This document shows, one piece after another, positions 18,837 to 30,400 of a DNA stretch of 53,488 nucleotides. The position numbers were made by a program, and so were the translations under genes. Below the pieces are notes generated by a model, which made no database searches, was not told the DNA's origin, and saw nothing but the letters and a program-made list of their open reading frames with translations. Every line of letters starts with the position of its first letter. Position 1 is the first letter of the stretch. Source of the stretch: Marinifilum sp. (GTDB taxonomy: Bacteria > UBA9089 > CG2-30-40-21); NCBI GenBank assembly GCA_020717845.1, contig DYDG01000002.1, positions 1 to 53,488 of the forward strand. The letters run 5' to 3'.

Positions 18837-19856
18837 TTACTTAAACATCACCTGTGCCAGTTTCCACCAATCCTCGCTAACAGTTTTCAGGGTTGATGTT
18901 GCTGCCTCAAGCGGTGCAGAGGTTATCTCATTACCAACAAGGCAGGCCATCTGGCCAAATTTAGCCTCATGAATCAATTCAACAGCCTTCACGCCAACCC
19001 GTGTCCCTAACATGCGGTCAAAAAGGGTAGGGGCACCACCCCGCTGAATATGTCCAATCACAGCCATCCTTGTCTCAATCCCTGTCTTTTCCTCGATAAC
19101 CTTAGCTATATATTCGCCAACACCCTTTTCTTTCAGAATAACATGACCAAAGGCATCAACCTCTTGCTCCCCTTCTAACTCTGAAAATTTGGTGCCCTCT
19201 GAAACCACTACTATTCCATAATTTTTTCGTTGTTTAACCACCCTTAAGTGCTCACACATCTTTTCAATATCCGGCTCAACCTCAGGGAGCAGAATCCAAT
19301 CTGCACCGCCGGCAATCCCTGTAAAAAGGGCAACCCAGCCTGCATGTCTGCCCATAACCTCCAGAACCATTATTCGGCGATGGGATCTGCCCGTATCCCT
19401 CAACCTTTCCAAAGCATCAACTGCCACGGTTACTGATGTATCAAAGCCAAAGGTATAATCTGTGCAGGAAAGGTCATTATCCATGGTTTTAGGCACACCG
19501 ACAACATTTGTTCCATATTGTTTATAAAGCTTACTGGCAACACCCAGGGTATCCTCTCCACCAATCGCAATCAAGGCATCAAGATTTTTCATATTCTCCA
19601 GAACCTTGGGCACATCACTTTCAGCTTTCTTGAAAGGATTGGTTCGAGATGTCCCAATGATAGTGCCGCCCTTACCAATTATTTCTTCCACATCACTAAG
19701 GGTCAATTGCTTCATGTTCCCATTTATCATCCCCTTCCAGCCTTCCATCACCCCAAAGAGCTCATCGCCATAATCCATGGCTTTCATAAAAGCCCCTCTA
19801 ATAGCTGGATTTAATCCAGGACAATCACCGCCGCCAGTTAATATGCCAATCCTCAT
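18837..19856 (-). CDS. pfkA: 6-phosphofructokinase, group III; signature predicts PPi dependence
   Basis: TGGGDCPGLN, GGEDT, PKTMDND, EVMGRHAGW and GHIQRGG. Confidence 0.95.
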   Translation of the reverse strand: MRIGILTGGGDCPGLNPAIRGAFMKAMDYGDELFGVMEGWKGMINGNMKQLTLSDVEEIIGKGGTIIGTSRTNPFKKAESDVPKVLENMKNLDALIAIGGEDTLGVASKLYKQYGTNVVGVPKTMDNDLSCTDYTFGFDTSVTVAVDALERLRDTGRSHRRIMVLEVMGRHAGWVALFTGIAGGADWILLPEVEPDIEKMCEHLRVVKQRKNYGIVVVSEGTKFSELEGEQEVDAFGHVILKEKGVGEYIAKVIEEKTGIETRMAVIGHIQRGGAPTLFDRMLGTRVGVKAVELIHEAKFGQMACLVGNEITSAPLEAATSTLKTVSEDWWKLAQVMFK

Positions 19857-19898
19857 ACCTTGCGAGCCTCCTTGTTTAACAATCTACAAAACAGGTAA

Positions 19899-19927
19899 AG
19901 TATATCAAATACAAGCAAAAATGTCAA
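19899..19927 (-). promoter_or_regulatory. Sigma70-type promoter of pfkA
   Basis: TTGACA-17 nt-TATACT on the minus strand. Confidence 0.65.
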
Positions 19928-19957
19928 GCATTTTCCTGTTTTTTTCGGTAATAGTTC

Positions 19958-20100
19958 ACCGCAGAGACGCAGAGGCGCTGAGAAATTAACAAAAATTAGA
20001 ATCCAGAACTATAGAAAGGTAAAAAGAAAGAATCAGTAGTCTCTCATCTGTGCTCTGTCCTCCTGATTTATTCTCTGCGTCTTTGCGTCTCTGCGGTTAG
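19958..20100. repeat. Octamer-type inverted repeat pair overlapping the YfhO 3' end
   Basis: accgcagagacgcagaggcgctgag...ctctgcgtctttgcgtctctgcggt. Confidence 0.65.
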
Positions 20101-22441
20101 CTGAACTGTTACCTTTTTCGTAATTACAGGCAATCCCTGCTATACATAACAGAAAAATTGCACAAATACTTCCAGCCATTCCAATCTTAAATACCTGCGG
20201 ATAATAGATAAACTCAATTCTGTGAGCACCAGAGTCAACCTCTATGGCTCGAAAGACATAGTTTGCTCGATATATCTTTGTTTCCTTCCCATCTACAAAA
20301 GCCTTCCATCCTGGATAATAGGCATCTGCCAGGAACAGAAAGCCTGCTACACTGTTTTTTGCCTGAACAACTATCCTGTTTGGCTGGTAGGTATCAATCT
20401 TTACCTGATTTGATTTACAACCTTGCCACTTGAGAGGTAGCACCTCTGGCAGAGGTAGCACCTCTGGCAAATGATAGGTTGGCTTTTCAAAGATAACCAC
20501 CTCTTTTGCTGGATTAAATTCTGGACGCATGATGTAATGAAATGCCTCTTTTTTGTTTGCCACAATAGTTGCTTTTGGAACAAAGAATGCCCTTGGCAAG
20601 CAGCCTGTATTCTCGTATACCCAGATATTTTGGGTCGCGTATCTACCTATCTGCACCAACCCATCATACAAGAGTGGTGTTTCAGAGGCAATATATTTAA
20701 TATTCAACATACACAAAAGATGATAGATAGAAGAAATTTCTTCATTCCTTACATGCCAGATGAGCTTTTCATAATCCCTGATGGTCATGGCCTCATACCC
20801 ATAGGCATCAGGGATACGCCAGAGAAGCCCAAGGTTGCTGAATAGGGTAGATTTAGCCTGCCAGCAAATTAAGCCTCTGCCTCTTGCATCTTGAAGATAC
20901 GTCTTTTCTGTAGCAGGATCAAGAAGGTATCGATACGGCTCTGTTTCTCTTTCCAGCAGTTTCACAAGAGCCGGCTTCTGGTCGTAAAATTTCTGTAAGA
21001 TCAAAGGATTGAGGTTTATTCCATGAAAAGAAAGGTCTGCGGCTATTATTATCAACAACCCCATTTCGGTCCCTGAGCACTGTCGAAGGGCGACAGTGCT
21101 CAATGACCGCATTTCGACAGTGCTCAATGACCGCATTAGAGAAATGTTTCCTGCTTTCTTTCTCATCAGTCCCAGACTGATAATAATTAGAATAATCGGG
21201 ATTATCGGAAGATATTGCTGTTTCCCAATTATCTGTCCCCAGAGAGGAACACCCTGCTTGAGGACACCTATACCCCAAAAACAAATACAGAGTGTAAGCA
21301 AAACAAGAAGTATCCAGATAAATTCCTTCCTGAATCTTGAGATGGAGTTAAAGCCATATCCAGTTAATACTGCCCCACAAAAGGTCATAAGAGCGACAAA
21401 CTTGACTGCATGCCTGATCATGTTGAACCCAGGCAGATATTGGTAACATAGTGGATATAAAAAAAAGCATGAACCAAGTGAAAGCATAATAGAGATGACA
21501 AAAAGCCCTATCCAGAACCATTCCATCCTTTTCTGGTTTTTCCAAAAACAAAAGATACTCAGAAATATCATGCTTAGTGGAATGATTCCCATGTATAAAC
21601 TCAAGAGAAACCCCTGCCTGGGAAGCTTCATTATGTCTGAAAAAAAAGGGGTTAATAGGCTTAACAATTCTCCTGGATGTAATGACCAATCTGTTGCCTC
21701 CCCATACCCTACCCCATGTGCCCTTGGAGAGAAAAGTGTCAACTCAAAAAAAGGCAGCAGTTGGATAAGACTTATGCCAATGCCGGCAAGAAGGATTATC
21801 GAAAAGGAACAGATAGCATATTTGCAGCCACACTGGGAACAAATTCCGTATAAAAATAATGCCATTATGGTCATATAAACCACTACCGGCTCCCCAGCCA
21901 GAATCTGGATGGATAGGCATATCCCACAAAGGATTACCTGCAATAATGACCTTTTGGACAGGGCAGTATGATATATGGAAAAGATGAGTGGCAGCCAGGT
22001 AATTGAACAGAGAATGTTTGGATGGCTGATCATACATAAGGGAAAACCACTGAACATAAAGGTAATGCCTGCTGCAAGGGATGCTTTTGTTCCCAGATTA
22101 AGCGTTTTTCCCAGACAGTACATGAAGATACCAGAAAGCAGAAAGTGAGTAATGATAAAGAGCTTTATCCCCAGCTCAAAGGGCAGCAGATGCAAAAAGA
22201 TGGATAAGGGGTAAAATGTCCCAAGCTGAATTAAAGCAAGCAAAGGTGTCCCTGAGAATAGATATGGGTTCCAGAAGGGAAAGATACCATCCTTTATCAG
22301 GTTGACCTTCAGGTGATAAAATGGGTAGTAGTAGCGGTAAATGTCCCTGAAAACAAAGGTGTTTTCTGTAAATAATACGGGTGAGAAGAAGAAGATGGTT
22401 ATGGTTGCAAGAAACAAGACGGCAAGCAGGTTTTTTTTCAT
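20033..22441 (-). CDS. YfhO family multi-pass membrane protein (GT-C-like)
   Basis: PFWNPYLFSGTP, many TM helices, C-terminal LADAYYPGWKAFVDG and GAHRIEFIY. Start set to the ATG of MKKNLL. Confidence 0.9.
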   Translation of the reverse strand: MKKNLLAVLFLATITIFFFSPVLFTENTFVFRDIYRYYYPFYHLKVNLIKDGIFPFWNPYLFSGTPLLALIQLGTFYPLSIFLHLLPFELGIKLFIITHFLLSGIFMYCLGKTLNLGTKASLAAGITFMFSGFPLCMISHPNILCSITWLPLIFSIYHTALSKRSLLQVILCGICLSIQILAGEPVVVYMTIMALFLYGICSQCGCKYAICSFSIILLAGIGISLIQLLPFFELTLFSPRAHGVGYGEATDWSLHPGELLSLLTPFFSDIMKLPRQGFLLSLYMGIIPLSMIFLSIFCFWKNQKRMEWFWIGLFVISIMLSLGSCFFLYPLCYQYLPGFNMIRHAVKFVALMTFCGAVLTGYGFNSISRFRKEFIWILLVLLTLCICFWGIGVLKQGVPLWGQIIGKQQYLPIIPIILIIISLGLMRKKAGNISLMRSLSTVEMRSLSTVALRQCSGTEMGLLIIIAADLSFHGINLNPLILQKFYDQKPALVKLLERETEPYRYLLDPATEKTYLQDARGRGLICWQAKSTLFSNLGLLWRIPDAYGYEAMTIRDYEKLIWHVRNEEISSIYHLLCMLNIKYIASETPLLYDGLVQIGRYATQNIWVYENTGCLPRAFFVPKATIVANKKEAFHYIMRPEFNPAKEVVIFEKPTYHLPEVLPLPEVLPLKWQGCKSNQVKIDTYQPNRIVVQAKNSVAGFLFLADAYYPGWKAFVDGKETKIYRANYVFRAIEVDSGAHRIEFIYYPQVFKIGMAGSICAIFLLCIAGIACNYEKGNSSANRRDAKTQRINQEDRAQMRDY
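20433..20469. repeat. Tandem 18-bp palindromic unit AGAGGTAGCACCTCTGGC, in frame within YfhO
   Basis: Two exact copies encoding PEVLPLPEVLPL. The same unit occurs at 23497, 23669 and 42797. Confidence 0.85.
21062..21137. repeat. REP-like 24-bp repeats, in frame within YfhO
   Basis: cgacagtgctcaatgaccgcatt twice plus an inverted copy, encoding MRSLSTVEMRSLSTV. Free-standing relatives lie at about 40270-40315 and 46462-46487. Confidence 0.8.
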
Positions 22442-22529
22442 AGATATTTTCCTTTTCAGTGGTTTAGGCTGAAGAGAAAAGAGCATCGTCTTCAGTCTTC
22501 AGCCTTCAGCCTTCTTCAGCCTATCTTCC

Positions 22530-24101
22530 CTACATCCATGTTACAAACTCCCGCAGCATTCGGAAAAATGCCATCCTGTCAGACGATTTTTTCAATCTTT
22601 TCCACACCTTGAATATCATCCTGGGTCTTAGGTAAAACTTTCTATATGAAAGCCGTCTGAGGTTCATGATTTCTTTTGCTGAAAGATGCGGGTAATCCAA
22701 TATAGAAAAATTTTGCTCAAACCTTGACCAATCAGTGGTATTAATCCAGTGATTGTGGCAGGCTTGTTCATACATCTCAGAACCCGGAAAGGGCACGGCA
22801 CAGTAAAACTGCACAAAATCAAGGTCAAGCTCAATGGTAAATTCTATGGTCTGCTTAATGGTTTGAGGGGTGTCAGCTGGCAATCCAATGATACAATGCC
22901 CAGAAACCTCCAGTCCAGCCTGATGGGATAATTGGACAGCCTTTCTTGTTTGTTGGACAGTAGTCCCTTTTTTGACGCTATCCAATACAGACTGACTGGC
23001 TGATTCAATTCCATAACCTATCATCCAGCAGCCAGCCTTTTTAATAGCCATTAACATCTCTAATGAGACATGATCCACGCGGCTGTTACATACCCATGAG
23101 ATTTGCAGCCCTCGTCTGATAATCTCATCACATACAGCCATAACAAATTTTGTATCCAGGGTAAATGACTCGGACCAGAAAAGGAATTCGTGAACATTAA
23201 ACTTTTCCTTGAGCCAGACCAATTCATCAACTAACTTCTGAGGAGAGCGTTTACGCAATAACTTACCATAATAGGTGCTGTCTGCACAAAAGGTGCAAGG
23301 ATATGGACAGCCTCTTGAGGTTGCAACCAGAAGAAATGGGACATTATGAAAGGGCATGATGTAGTCAGAGGTATCAATCAGATGCCAGGCTGGGAATGGC
23401 AAGCTGTCCATATCAAGCCAGGGACGAGGAGGGTTGTGAGTTACCCTGCCTTCTTCATAAAAAGAAAGCCCTTGCACACGAGGTAATCTCTCTGATAGAG
23501 GTGCTACCTCTGCCAGAGAGGCTCTCTTTAATAGAAGTTGGACATCTGTTGCTTGCAGGTCAGCCTGAATGACAGCCTTTTTGCCAGAATCAATTGTCTG
23601 GCACAGCTCTTGCAAGGTGAATTCAGGCTCTCCACGAATGATATAATCCAGGTCATAGCCAGCGTCTCTGCCAGAGGTGCTACCTCCGGCAAATGTCCTA
23701 CCTTCGGCAGAGGTCATGCCTCTGGAACAGGCACGAAAACACTCATCTGGAAGGGCTGTAGGATGGATGCCCATAATGGCTGTTTTGGCTTCTGGGCATG
23801 CCTGTTTGATGATAGATGTCATCTTAAGGTCAGATTCAATGGATGGTGTGCTGGTATTCAATACAACCAGATCCGGCTTAAACTCAGCTATTTGAAGCAT
23901 TAATTGCTCAGGCGAGGTCCCCTTGACGATACAGTCAAACAGCTTGACCTCAACCCCATCCTGTTCCAGGACAGCCGCACAAAGAGCCAGAGACAGCGGC
24001 GACCAGACCGCTGTCCAGGCTCCTTTTCTTTGCATACACCTGCCCTCTCGAACAACCTTTATCCCGTCTGGAGCCGGTGGATTAATTAAGAATACCTTCA
24101 T
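22530..24101 (-). CDS. B12-binding domain radical SAM protein
   Basis: PLSLA.CAAVL B12-binding N-terminus, SRGCPYPCTFC (CxxxCxxC) and GIESAS. Start set to the ATG at 24101, which has a ggag RBS. Confidence 0.93.
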   Translation of the reverse strand: MKVFLINPPAPDGIKVVREGRCMQRKGAWTAVWSPLSLALCAAVLEQDGVEVKLFDCIVKGTSPEQLMLQIAEFKPDLVVLNTSTPSIESDLKMTSIIKQACPEAKTAIMGIHPTALPDECFRACSRGMTSAEGRTFAGGSTSGRDAGYDLDYIIRGEPEFTLQELCQTIDSGKKAVIQADLQATDVQLLLKRASLAEVAPLSERLPRVQGLSFYEEGRVTHNPPRPWLDMDSLPFPAWHLIDTSDYIMPFHNVPFLLVATSRGCPYPCTFCADSTYYGKLLRKRSPQKLVDELVWLKEKFNVHEFLFWSESFTLDTKFVMAVCDEIIRRGLQISWVCNSRVDHVSLEMLMAIKKAGCWMIGYGIESASQSVLDSVKKGTTVQQTRKAVQLSHQAGLEVSGHCIIGLPADTPQTIKQTIEFTIELDLDFVQFYCAVPFPGSEMYEQACHNHWINTTDWSRFEQNFSILDYPHLSAKEIMNLRRLSYRKFYLRPRMIFKVWKRLKKSSDRMAFFRMLREFVTWM

Positions 24102-24139
24102 GATATCGACTCCGTTCAAGCAAAGAACGATTGCAACCG

Positions 24140-24422
24140 TTGTGTCCTCTGTGAATTTCTTCGTGTCCTCTGTGGTTAATCTTCTTAATATTTTTACCAC
24201 AGAGAACACAAAGTAGGCACAAAGTTCACTAATGTCGCGTCAACCTTAATCTGTCGCATGTAGTAGAGATGCGATTAATCGCGTCTCTACATTGGGAAAA
24301 GGCAGGGACAAGCCCTGCAGCTACATTAATAAACCATTCGACACTTGAGACTTGACACGACACCAAGATTTTTTCTTTGTGTCCTCTGTGAATTCCTCTG
24401 TGTCCTCTGTGGTTAATCTTCA
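24140..24422. repeat. Cluster of short repeats (gtgtcctctgtg family and GTAG-type REP)
   Basis: Near-identical 42-bp blocks at about 24142 and 24378. REP gtagagatgcgattaatcgcgtctctac at 24263-24290 has a relative at 50159-50186. Confidence 0.8.
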
Positions 24423-24430
24423 TACAGTAA

Positions 24431-27400
24431 TTATTCCAGCGTTATATCCCCCAGATTTGTCAAGGAGGTATCAGCTGTTTTTTTACCACGTCCATCCTCA
24501 TTGCCGTCTACAACTACCTCAATGGTATCCCCTGATGTAGAATAGCTGAAGAGCCCGGTCATATCCAATTTGCGAATGGTATTAATATCAACACTCCAGG
24601 CACCACTTGAGTTTGTCCTCGTAGATGCCCAAGCAGATACCCCTGAATCGCCGGTTGCGTCTGTATCCCTTAGCCTGACATAGACCATGGCATCCTTAGA
24701 TACACCCCCGACTTTACCGGATACGATTTTGCTTCCAGCAGCACTGATTGCCCCACCCGTCTTAAAGCTATAATGCTTCTCATTATTATCATCTGTTGAG
24801 CCGCTGGTGATAATGTCATAGTAGTAGGTGGTATTTGGTGCTAAGCCACTAAGATTGACATAGTGTTTTGTTGTCTGGCTGCCCTCACCACGAATATCAT
24901 AGACAAGATTTGTCAAAACAGCACTATTTGTGCCATACCTCAGCCAGCTTGAGACATTATCCCATGTTGTATAAGATACAACAGCTGTATTACTGCCAAC
25001 GTTAGAAAGAGTGATACGATTTGGCGAATACAAACTTCCTTCATTAGCATACACAAAGTATCCCTTGCCAAGCGTAATATCAAATGTATCGGCAAACCCA
25101 TCAGGAAACCCATCAGTAAATATTGTTGTCAACCACTTACTGGCAAGATTATTCCATGATTGAATGACAGTGCATGTGCCGTCTTGATAACGAATATCCT
25201 TGCCAAGCAGATTGCTGCTTATGGTTCCTGCTGATGGCAATCCAAGCAGCCGACCACTCATGGTTCCTATTGGCAGTCCAATCAGATTCCAGCCAGGAAC
25301 AAATTGCAGCTGCTGTGTCTTAACCTGCACACCGCTAACCGTAAACACAGACGGACTCTCACAGTAGACAAAATACCCCTTGCCAATCTCGATAGTAAAC
25401 GTATCGCCAATGCCAACATCCACCTTTCTTGTCTTCCATGCCCCGCCCTGCCATGATTGAACAATGGTGCATTTCCCGCTCTGGATGTTTATAGCCGCAC
25501 CAAGGCTCTGGGATGTGTATTTGGTTGACGACTTCAGCGGCAGGGAATACAGGTTCCAGCCTTGAGACAACCTGGTAGATGTCGATAGTGTTGGGGCAGC
25601 GTTGGTTGTTATAGATAGCTTGTTTGACAGTCCAGACCAATTCCCTATCTCATCACAACTCTTCAGGTAAAAATAATAGGTTGTTGATGGCTGCAAATCA
25701 GTAATTGGTATGTTCTGGTTCTCGCCTGCCTTTATGGGCACTGGCTCACCATCGCACTGGCTATAGCTGTCAAACACAGCTACAGGTGAAACAGAACGGC
25801 GAATATCATAGACTGTTACTGTCCCCTTGCTACCATTATCACCTGGTGATGTCCATTCCAGGGTTATGGACGACTCTGTCTTTACTGTGCTTTTGAGTAT
25901 AACAGTAGCTGGCGGCCAGATATCACCTGGTGCAGCTGATGACGGGTTGGATTGCGAGCTCTCCTCGGTTCCATCAACAGCGGTAACCACATAACAATAG
26001 GTAATATCCTCATCCATGGTTATATCAACATAGCTTGTCTTTGTGCCCAGGATGGCAATCTTGGTATATGTCCCAGCGTTGATGCCCTCGCTTCGATAGA
26101 CATTATACCCCTTTGCCGCAGTAACTGCATTCCAGCTCAGGCTAACAGAGCCTGGATGACTCGTAGCCACAAGTCCATTTGGTGCAGTCAAAATTGCTGG
26201 TGCAGCCATGATAGTCAGGCTGCCCTTGGGTGAAGGCGTAACCTTTTTACCGGTAAATGAATCCTCGAAATTGATCCCGGTTGTGGTTATCAAGGTATAT
26301 GTGGGTGCTGCTGCCCTGACAATAGGGGGAGACTTAGATGCAGCCTTCTTTGAAGCTGCCTTTAACATTGGAGCTGATGATGTCGTCCCGGCTGGCGGAG
26401 TAATGGATACGGTTATCTTTACCTCTTTAACCGCACCAGGGGCAATATCACCAAGGTTATCCCAGATAACCGTGTCCCCCTCCTTACGGCAGAGTATAGA
26501 AGAGGATCCAAGTGTTACCCCGCTTCCAAGGGTAACCGTTCCCTTAGCCTTATTGGCAATATTGTCACCCTCATTAGAAAGGGTTATCCGCAGTTCAACA
26601 TCGTTTTTCTCACCCATAATCAATTCCTTGGTTAATACCTGATTAAAACCACGTCTTACCCCATCAAGGATATAGCCCATCTCAACCCTTGGACCATGGG
26701 CAACCACGCTCTGAGATGTACTGGCAGATGTACCGATATTACTAAAGTGATCTGTATACTCAACATTTGCCCCGCTGTTAACCATCTTCATCCCGCTTGT
26801 TCCCACAGCTGTCTCAGACTTTACCACCACATAGAATGTCTTTGTCTCTGTGCCATCATATGTCCAGGGCACAGTGGTCGCCGTTGCCTTTGGGTCAGTG
26901 ATGCTGGACATCTTAAAGGTTACATTCGAACCAACCTGTGTAGTGCTGATATCTCTGCCTGCCCCTAAACCATCAAAGTATACAGAGGCACTTGTCCCTC
27001 GCGGATACTGGTCAATATCCCAGCCCATCTGGCCAATAAATGTCTCCTTCTCCGACTCTGTCATCAGCTTTGCCTTTTCAACCTGGACAAAATCAGGAAA
27101 ACCATCCTTAAGTGTAACAATATTTGCCTTGCCATAGGTAGTGGTTATCTTGCCTTGATCATCATATACCCCTATCCATGCCTCAGGGATGATGCTTTTT
27201 GTCGTATTCTCTGAAAGGTTGCGGAATTCAGTGAGTTTGCCGCCAGGGTCTGTGCAGCTAAGCTTGAACTTTATCGGATGCACCTTACCCTTAGCCTCGT
27301 CAGGAATATTATTAGTTGTTATCTTGAAATAGAGAACCCCCTTCCATGACTCATAGATAGCTGGATTCTCTGTTTGTGAGGCAAGCAAATAGACCAGATC

Positions 27401-30400
27401 ACCGTGAATAGGCGGAATGGTGTTCCATAACACATCCTGAGAAATGCTCATCCATCCTGGAACAGTAGAAGCATCTGGCTCTATCTTTACATCTGTAAGG
27501 TGATATGCTTTACCATCAAAATCCCCTAAGTTATTGCAAACCTCTATACGCACCATCGTGCTCTCACCAGAGTGCAGCCTTGAACTATAGAGATTCTCAT
27601 TCTCCCTGCCGCCAACAAATATGGTTGATGCCAGCCCGCCAAACCCATAGCTCCGTAAGTACGGATCCATCTCAAACTGTCGCGGCTCATACGGGTCCTC
27701 AACCTTGATGATATGGTAGATGGTATCGCCATAGTTGCCAATATTCACTGGTGCCACCTTTTTGGTAACCTCAACATTGTTGCCTATACCAAAGACACCT
27801 TGAACATGGGCATTGAATATCTGGTACTGGTTTGGTCCAGCCTTTGGGGTATGATAGACATACTCAGTCCCATCGTTGACCTTCATAAACCCTTCACGGT
27901 GCACATCAGGATAGGTAGTCATGGTAGCATAGACATTAATCTGCTCACGCTTGCCAGCATCTAACCTCTGTTGAAACTGGAGAACATGAAACATATCTGT
28001 ATCAAACTCCTTGACAAGCTGAGTAGGATTGCCAATCTTCTGCAAGTCATCACAACTCCAGTGTCCTCCATACTCAATGTTATACCCAAGCCCCTTGAAA
28101 ACCGAGCAGGTGATAACATTCTGATCCCGATTAAGGTTATAGATATCAGCTGGTTTAACTACATCCGGGAATTCTGTGGAGATATTGCCTGTCTTGATAA
28201 CTAAATGCAGTTTTGCCTTTTTGGTAATATCATACTCAAGGAAGAGTTTTTCATTAGTATCCCAAATGTCATTATTATTCGTATCTTCAAACAACTCAAA
28301 GGTATCATTAACCTCTGGATGCAGCTTGACTGTGGGGAAAAAGTCTGATACCTTAGCATACTGTGGATCCATTGTCCGAAGCGTAGCAGTATGCGGCCTG
28401 TTCCAGATGTCCTGATAGGTAAGCATAGGAATATCAGCCGGGTCTGTTACCCTTGGGGCATATGCCCCGGAGGATGCAAGAAGCTCACGATATGGGATTG
28501 GGTCACCACCAAGCAGGATCATAAACCCGAGTGCCGGGGCATCCATGATTACCTTGCCATTAACCACATAATTATCCGGGATATTGGGCAGGGTCTTCAT
28601 AAGAATGGTTCTGGCATACTCAACCCCGTCTGGCGGCAGCTCAATCGCTCGTATCCCATACCGGATAGCCGGCTCAAGGTAGTCATAACCCTGAATGGTA
28701 GCCCCATCTGTTCCCTTAGCCAGACTGGGCCAGGTGAGTTGATAGGCAGGCAGGATAATATCGCCAGTCTCTGTTTTCTGAATAAGCGGGACATTATGCT
28801 CTGGTCCCCATACTGCGGACTTATACCTGTCTGGAACAACAATATCTGTACTACTCCCCTCTGGCTGCTCAAAGACATAGGTTGTCTTCCCATCCCAATC
28901 ATTGATATTAAACCGCCTCTTTATATCATTCTCTGCCTCTGCTGGAAGCGGGTATTTACCATCCTGGAAAAAGTAGGCCTCATTCTGTATCCAGATAGAG
29001 TGATTATTGCCATTGTTGGTGTTCCAGACCGCAGATGGGATGCGACGATAGTTTGTCGGGTCAATGGCTGGTGAGACAAGTGCTACTAAGTCCTGGATAT
29101 ACACCTTTCTTGCCTCTGTATCCTCCTTGTTTTCAATAGGAAACTTCACATCAAAATGTGTGCCTGCACCAGAGACACCATAAACAGACTGCTTTTCCAG
29201 GGCACGGTCGCCAACAAGCCTGGCTGCCATCTGTGCCCGCATCTTTACCGGCAGGGCATAAACAGTTATTTTCTCGTCCCCTTCAGTATAAACAGCCTTT
29301 GTCTCACAGACCACTGCCTCACCCTTTTTCAAGGCATTTGCCTCGGTAAAGACCGTGTAGCAGAAGGTCAGCCTGCCTTGCAACATTTGATCAAATGTCC
29401 AGCTAAGGATAGTGGTGCCGTCTGTCCCTATTGTCTGTGTAGCCTGCGGGGTTACATTTGAATTGTCTGTTATCTTGAACCCCTTCTGGACAACAGAGAT
29501 AACCTCAACACTATTAAGTGTTGTATTCCAGAAATTAGAAAAGCTAACGCTTACATTTACCGGCACATCCGCCTCTAAGCCCGGGATAACATCCCTTTCA
29601 ACCTCTTCATTGAATTTTTGCACACCATCACAGGCAAGGCCTGCCTTCTGGCTCATTGCCCAGAGCACTGGATTAAGGGCTAAGGGATAGTATTCCCGCT
29701 TATCTGACGGGTGACCGTTCATGAGAATGACCTGTCCACGATTTTTTTCAACAGTTACAATAGCTGGCGGATTGCCAGAGACATTGGTATACCTGGCAAC
29801 CGTTGTCTGCCCTTCCTTGTCTTTAAGCATAGGGTCATCAAGAACATACATATTATTACTCAATCTGGCAAAAACAACCGGGGAGCTGTCATCCAGAATA
29901 CTCATCTGTCCAATGCTGTCTGGGATGCTTACCCTTGTGTTTAGGTCAACCGTGCCTGTGCCAACCAACCCAGCCATCTCAGCAATATAGTTTGACTCAC
30001 CCTGGCTGTATAAAAACCCGCCTGCCTCGACAAATGACCTGAGATTAGTTAACCCGCCAGCTGTAATCGCTCCACGAATTGCATCCATATATCCCTTTTT
30101 TACTGCCGGAAAGATAACCATGTCATAGTTACTCAACGCTCCGCCTGCTATCCCTGCCTCATCAATGCTTGTAAATTTCTGAGCATCCCAGAGGTACATC
30201 CTGAAAAGCCTTTCAAAGTAGCCCTCTTCCCAGGTAATCGGCTGTCCATAGGTATCCTTGACCCCACTGTAAAAAACAGCAACCCTGACCTTTTGTAAGG
30301 AATATGACTTCGTTACCCCGAGAACATTTCCCATACCAACACCCGGCTCACTGACAACAAGATCAAAGCCGGTAAGTGTCCCTACAGCGGTTAAGGTAGA

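Noticed and set aside
24102-24209. N-terminal extension of the radical SAM protein (TTEDTKKFTEDT)
   Set aside because: It is repeat-derived; a better start with an RBS lies at 24101.
24140-24422. Possible CRISPR array
   Set aside because: Only two related blocks with internal short tandem units, no regular unique spacers and no cas genes.
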